Below are positions 60,800 through 64,000 of a stretch of 64,000 nucleotides of DNA, piece after piece. Every line of letters begins with the position of its first letter. The first letter of the stretch is position 1. Below the pieces are notes generated by a model. It made no database searches. It was not told where the DNA came from and worked only from the letters and a program-made list of their open reading frames with translations. This DNA comes from Eledone cirrhosa (lineage: Eukaryota), in the NCBI GenBank assembly GCA_964016885.1, contig OZ024753.1, positions 46,128,001-46,192,000 of the forward strand, written 5' to 3'. Both the position numbers and the translations under genes were made by a program.

Positions 60800-61185
60800 T
60801 TAACGTCGAAACTGGAGAAAAGGCTAGATGGGGCATACACACGTATGCTCCGTGCTGCTTTAAACGTGTTTTGGAGGGAACACCCAGCAAATAAGGATCT
60901 CTATGGCAATATACCACCTATCAGCAGGTCAATACGTAGGCAGAGACTCAGATTTGCAGGCCACTGTTGGCGCAGCAAGGAAGAAATAGCAGGTGATGTG
61001 TTGTTATAGAGTCCATCTCATGGATCAGGAAACGCTGGTCGTCCCAAGAAGACATACATCAAGCAACTTGAGGACGATACTGGATGCACTGCGGAAGGAC
61101 TGGCAAACGCTATGAGAGACAGATGGATGGAGGAAACATGTCGTAGAAAGCCAAGCAAGCTCGACTTGATGATGATGGTGATGAT
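60800..61185 (+). pseudogene. 3' end of an RTE-like LINE (5'-truncated) with (GAT)n tail
   Basis: LTSKLEKRLDGAYTRMLRAALNVFW...IRRQRLRFAGHCWRS...GRPKKTYIKQLEDDTG, then tgatgatgatggtgatgat. Confidence 0.85.
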
Positions 61186-62200
61186 TAAGAAATTCCTCTA
61201 GCAGACAAAGTATACGATAAGTTCTGTGTTTGCCTTCCTTCTTTCCTTGTGCTTTTACATCGATGTATCTTTATATGGTCTTGGATATGATTATCGGGGG
61301 AATATTAACTGATCGGTTCTTCTTGCAACTGTTGTATCATCGATTGATTGCCAGACAATATGATCGATATTTTGTACAGATGGATGGATAGATAAGAAAA
61401 GTCAACAAGGAAAAACATCACGTTTGACAAGAAGTTAGGAAGAGACTCTTAACGTTTCGGTTGTTAGTCCTTCATTGGATAATAGAATGAGATGTAGAAT
61501 ATGAAATAGAAACACAAACGTTATTAAGAAAGGAACAGAAAGAGAAAAAAATGTTGTAAGGAGGAAAAGGAAATGTGTAAGAAGTCAGTAAGTTTGGAAA
61601 TATATATGTATACACATATGAACATACATATATACATACATATGTATATTGCGCACATACAAACACAGATATTTATATCTAAATATATATATGTGTGTGT
61701 ATATGTATGTGTGTGTATATGTATGTGTGGGTGATTGCTTGTATGTGAGTGTGTGTCTATTTACATACATAAATCTATCACAGTTTCTATACTACATCTA
61801 AATCAATTCAAGTAACGTTCCGTTCACGTATCACATATCATGACCCTGATATTTTTTGAGCAATTTTATTAGCATAGATCTCTTTATCTATCACTCACAA
61901 CTAATATAGCTGACTGTATTTGTTAAGCTATTACACAGTCCGTTTACTCTTTTATCTACTACGACCACCTATTTATACGTCTATTTATTTTCAAATCACA
62001 TACAGACCAAGTGTGTTAATTGAATTTACCTTTAAGATGATGGCAGCAATCTCTCCACCATCAAATATATCAATGACAATATTAATTTCTAATATAAATC
62101 ATAGAGCCATGATTTTATTTTCTGTCTCTATGATTGTGTATGTTCTATTATCATCATCATCATCATCATCATTATTATTGTTATTATTATTATTATTACC

Positions 62201-62243
62201 ATTTATCAGAAGTATTCCCGTCGAGGGAATACTTCTGATAAAT
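62201..62243. repeat. Perfect 19-bp hairpin next to (TCA)n/(TTA)n
   Basis: atttatcagaagtattccc-gtcga-gggaatacttctgataaat. Confidence 0.85.
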
Positions 62244-62663
62244 CGTATTCTCGACATAATTGCCTCTTTTTTGTTTTGTTTTAAAGAGAAAAGGCGTCAT
62301 TTTCTCAACATTAACGTATATATTACAATACATAGAAATATGTTGAATGCTTCTCTCTATTCGATTTAGTCGTCGTTATCTCATGGAATTTTCTGTAATT
62401 TTTCATAAAGACATCTTAATTATTACACAGCTGTTTATGAATGGAACAGAAGAAGATAAAGAAACTACAAGGATTAAATTTGATAAAAAAAAAAACCGTG
62501 TTGGTATTTTCTTTCACCAATATCACTAAGCAAGGGGTGATAAACATGGATGGGCTATAAGAAAACTAAATAATTGATCGGTCATTGGTCTCTATATTAG
62601 TATTGCATTATGAAATTCAATGACATTGATGTATATCTCGTTAAAGAAACGAAATGTTATGAC

Positions 62664-62728
<65 letters not shown>

Positions 62729-63718
62729 CTCCACCACACACCCACATATTTCAATGGAAATTTGCTTATGAATGATAATATCAAGAAAAACATTTACAAT
62801 GTAATAAGCACCAGTCATCTTTTTCTGACCTTTCAGCGGAGAGTATCAATGGAAAGACCATGTGGGAAATAGTTTCATTCGTCCCACTTGATGAACGGAT
62901 TCACTGGTTTTCTTTTTGTCTTTTTGTTTATTTTTTTATTTTATTCCACCAATGAAATCACGAACCTAGACTCAGTAATGCCTGTGTATATTTTCGCAAT
63001 GCAATCGACATATATCAATTATAAAGAAATCCCGAATGAACCACTGGAAATATTTGGCAAGGATATTTTCAAATGATGATTTCTAACCCGCCAATAAATA
63101 TGACAGGAATCAATACGAAAATAAAGTTAGGATGGGAAAGATTGCATGAATCAACTCTTAGTATTTCTGGGGGTTTTTTTTTAGTTTATATTCTTGCACT
63201 GTCTGGAGAATTTCAGAAAAGGATGAATTTGGAAATCCATGATTTCTAACGCTAAATCCCTTGTGAACTCTGCATGAAAATATGGCTGAAAATGTCAAGA
63301 AATATGACAAATGGGATAATATTGGTTGGGTATAAATTGAACAGGTTTGGAAACTTCAAATTACAAGTGTTCACAAAATATTAGATTAAGACACATGTAG
63401 ACATACGTATAGAACAACATATGTTCAAAAACACACATGAACACACTTACACATATACCCACACTTACACACATATACACTCATACACAAACAGATGTAT
63501 ATATATATGCGTACACACGTTATATAACAGATATATAACAACAGGTGTGATTTGGAATCCCATAGATGATGGTATGCAGTTATTTCCTTCTTTATGGGTT
63601 GATATGCCCAACTTTTCGACTAGATTTCATAGTCAAAATCCTGGGTTGAAACAGTTAACTATAAGCTGACATATCTTCGAAAATCCAGAATTCACTCAAC
63701 GCTCCCTACAAACATATT

Positions 63719-63800
<82 letters not shown>

Positions 63801-64000
63801 TATACAAAGATTTTGGCCCTCTTGTAAACGCGCACATCACAGCTATACGTTTATATAATACATAAACGAATTCACAAATGCCCATACACACACATCCATT
63901 TACAATATACGTTATATACACATACTAATATCTAAAATGGTATACAAGAGAAGAATGGCGACTGGCAATAGTCCAGGTAATGTCTAAGTTAATAGTAATA

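Overview
AT-rich, non-coding eukaryotic DNA saturated with (TA)n, (CA)n and (GA)n microsatellites. The SINE types and repeat landscape look like a cephalopod genome, probably Octopus (recognised from memory, not searched). I see no intact host gene. Nearly every ORF in the track is a microsatellite translation. The real coding remnants are decayed retroelements: RTE-clade LINEs and Penelope-like elements (PLE), plus possibly a mariner fragment. The main signal is a set of short non-coding elements from at least 7 sequence families, sitting inside (TA)n tracts. Several are head-to-head fold-backs and most carry a type I hammerhead ribozyme (HHR) motif. They also share a small RCTY-loop-RAGYNCY stem about 40-75 nt upstream of the 3' end. 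One has a 466-bp tandem unit whose inverted arm starts at the predicted ribozyme cleavage site. A 4.1-kb array of apparently identical 615-bp units with an atypical HHR-like fold appears to belong to the same system. Other features: an element with two convergent tRNA-like heads, a 29-bp minisatellite born inside an RTE reverse-transcriptase ORF, and inverted duplications mirrored across (TA)n tracts. All alignments and folds were done by eye.
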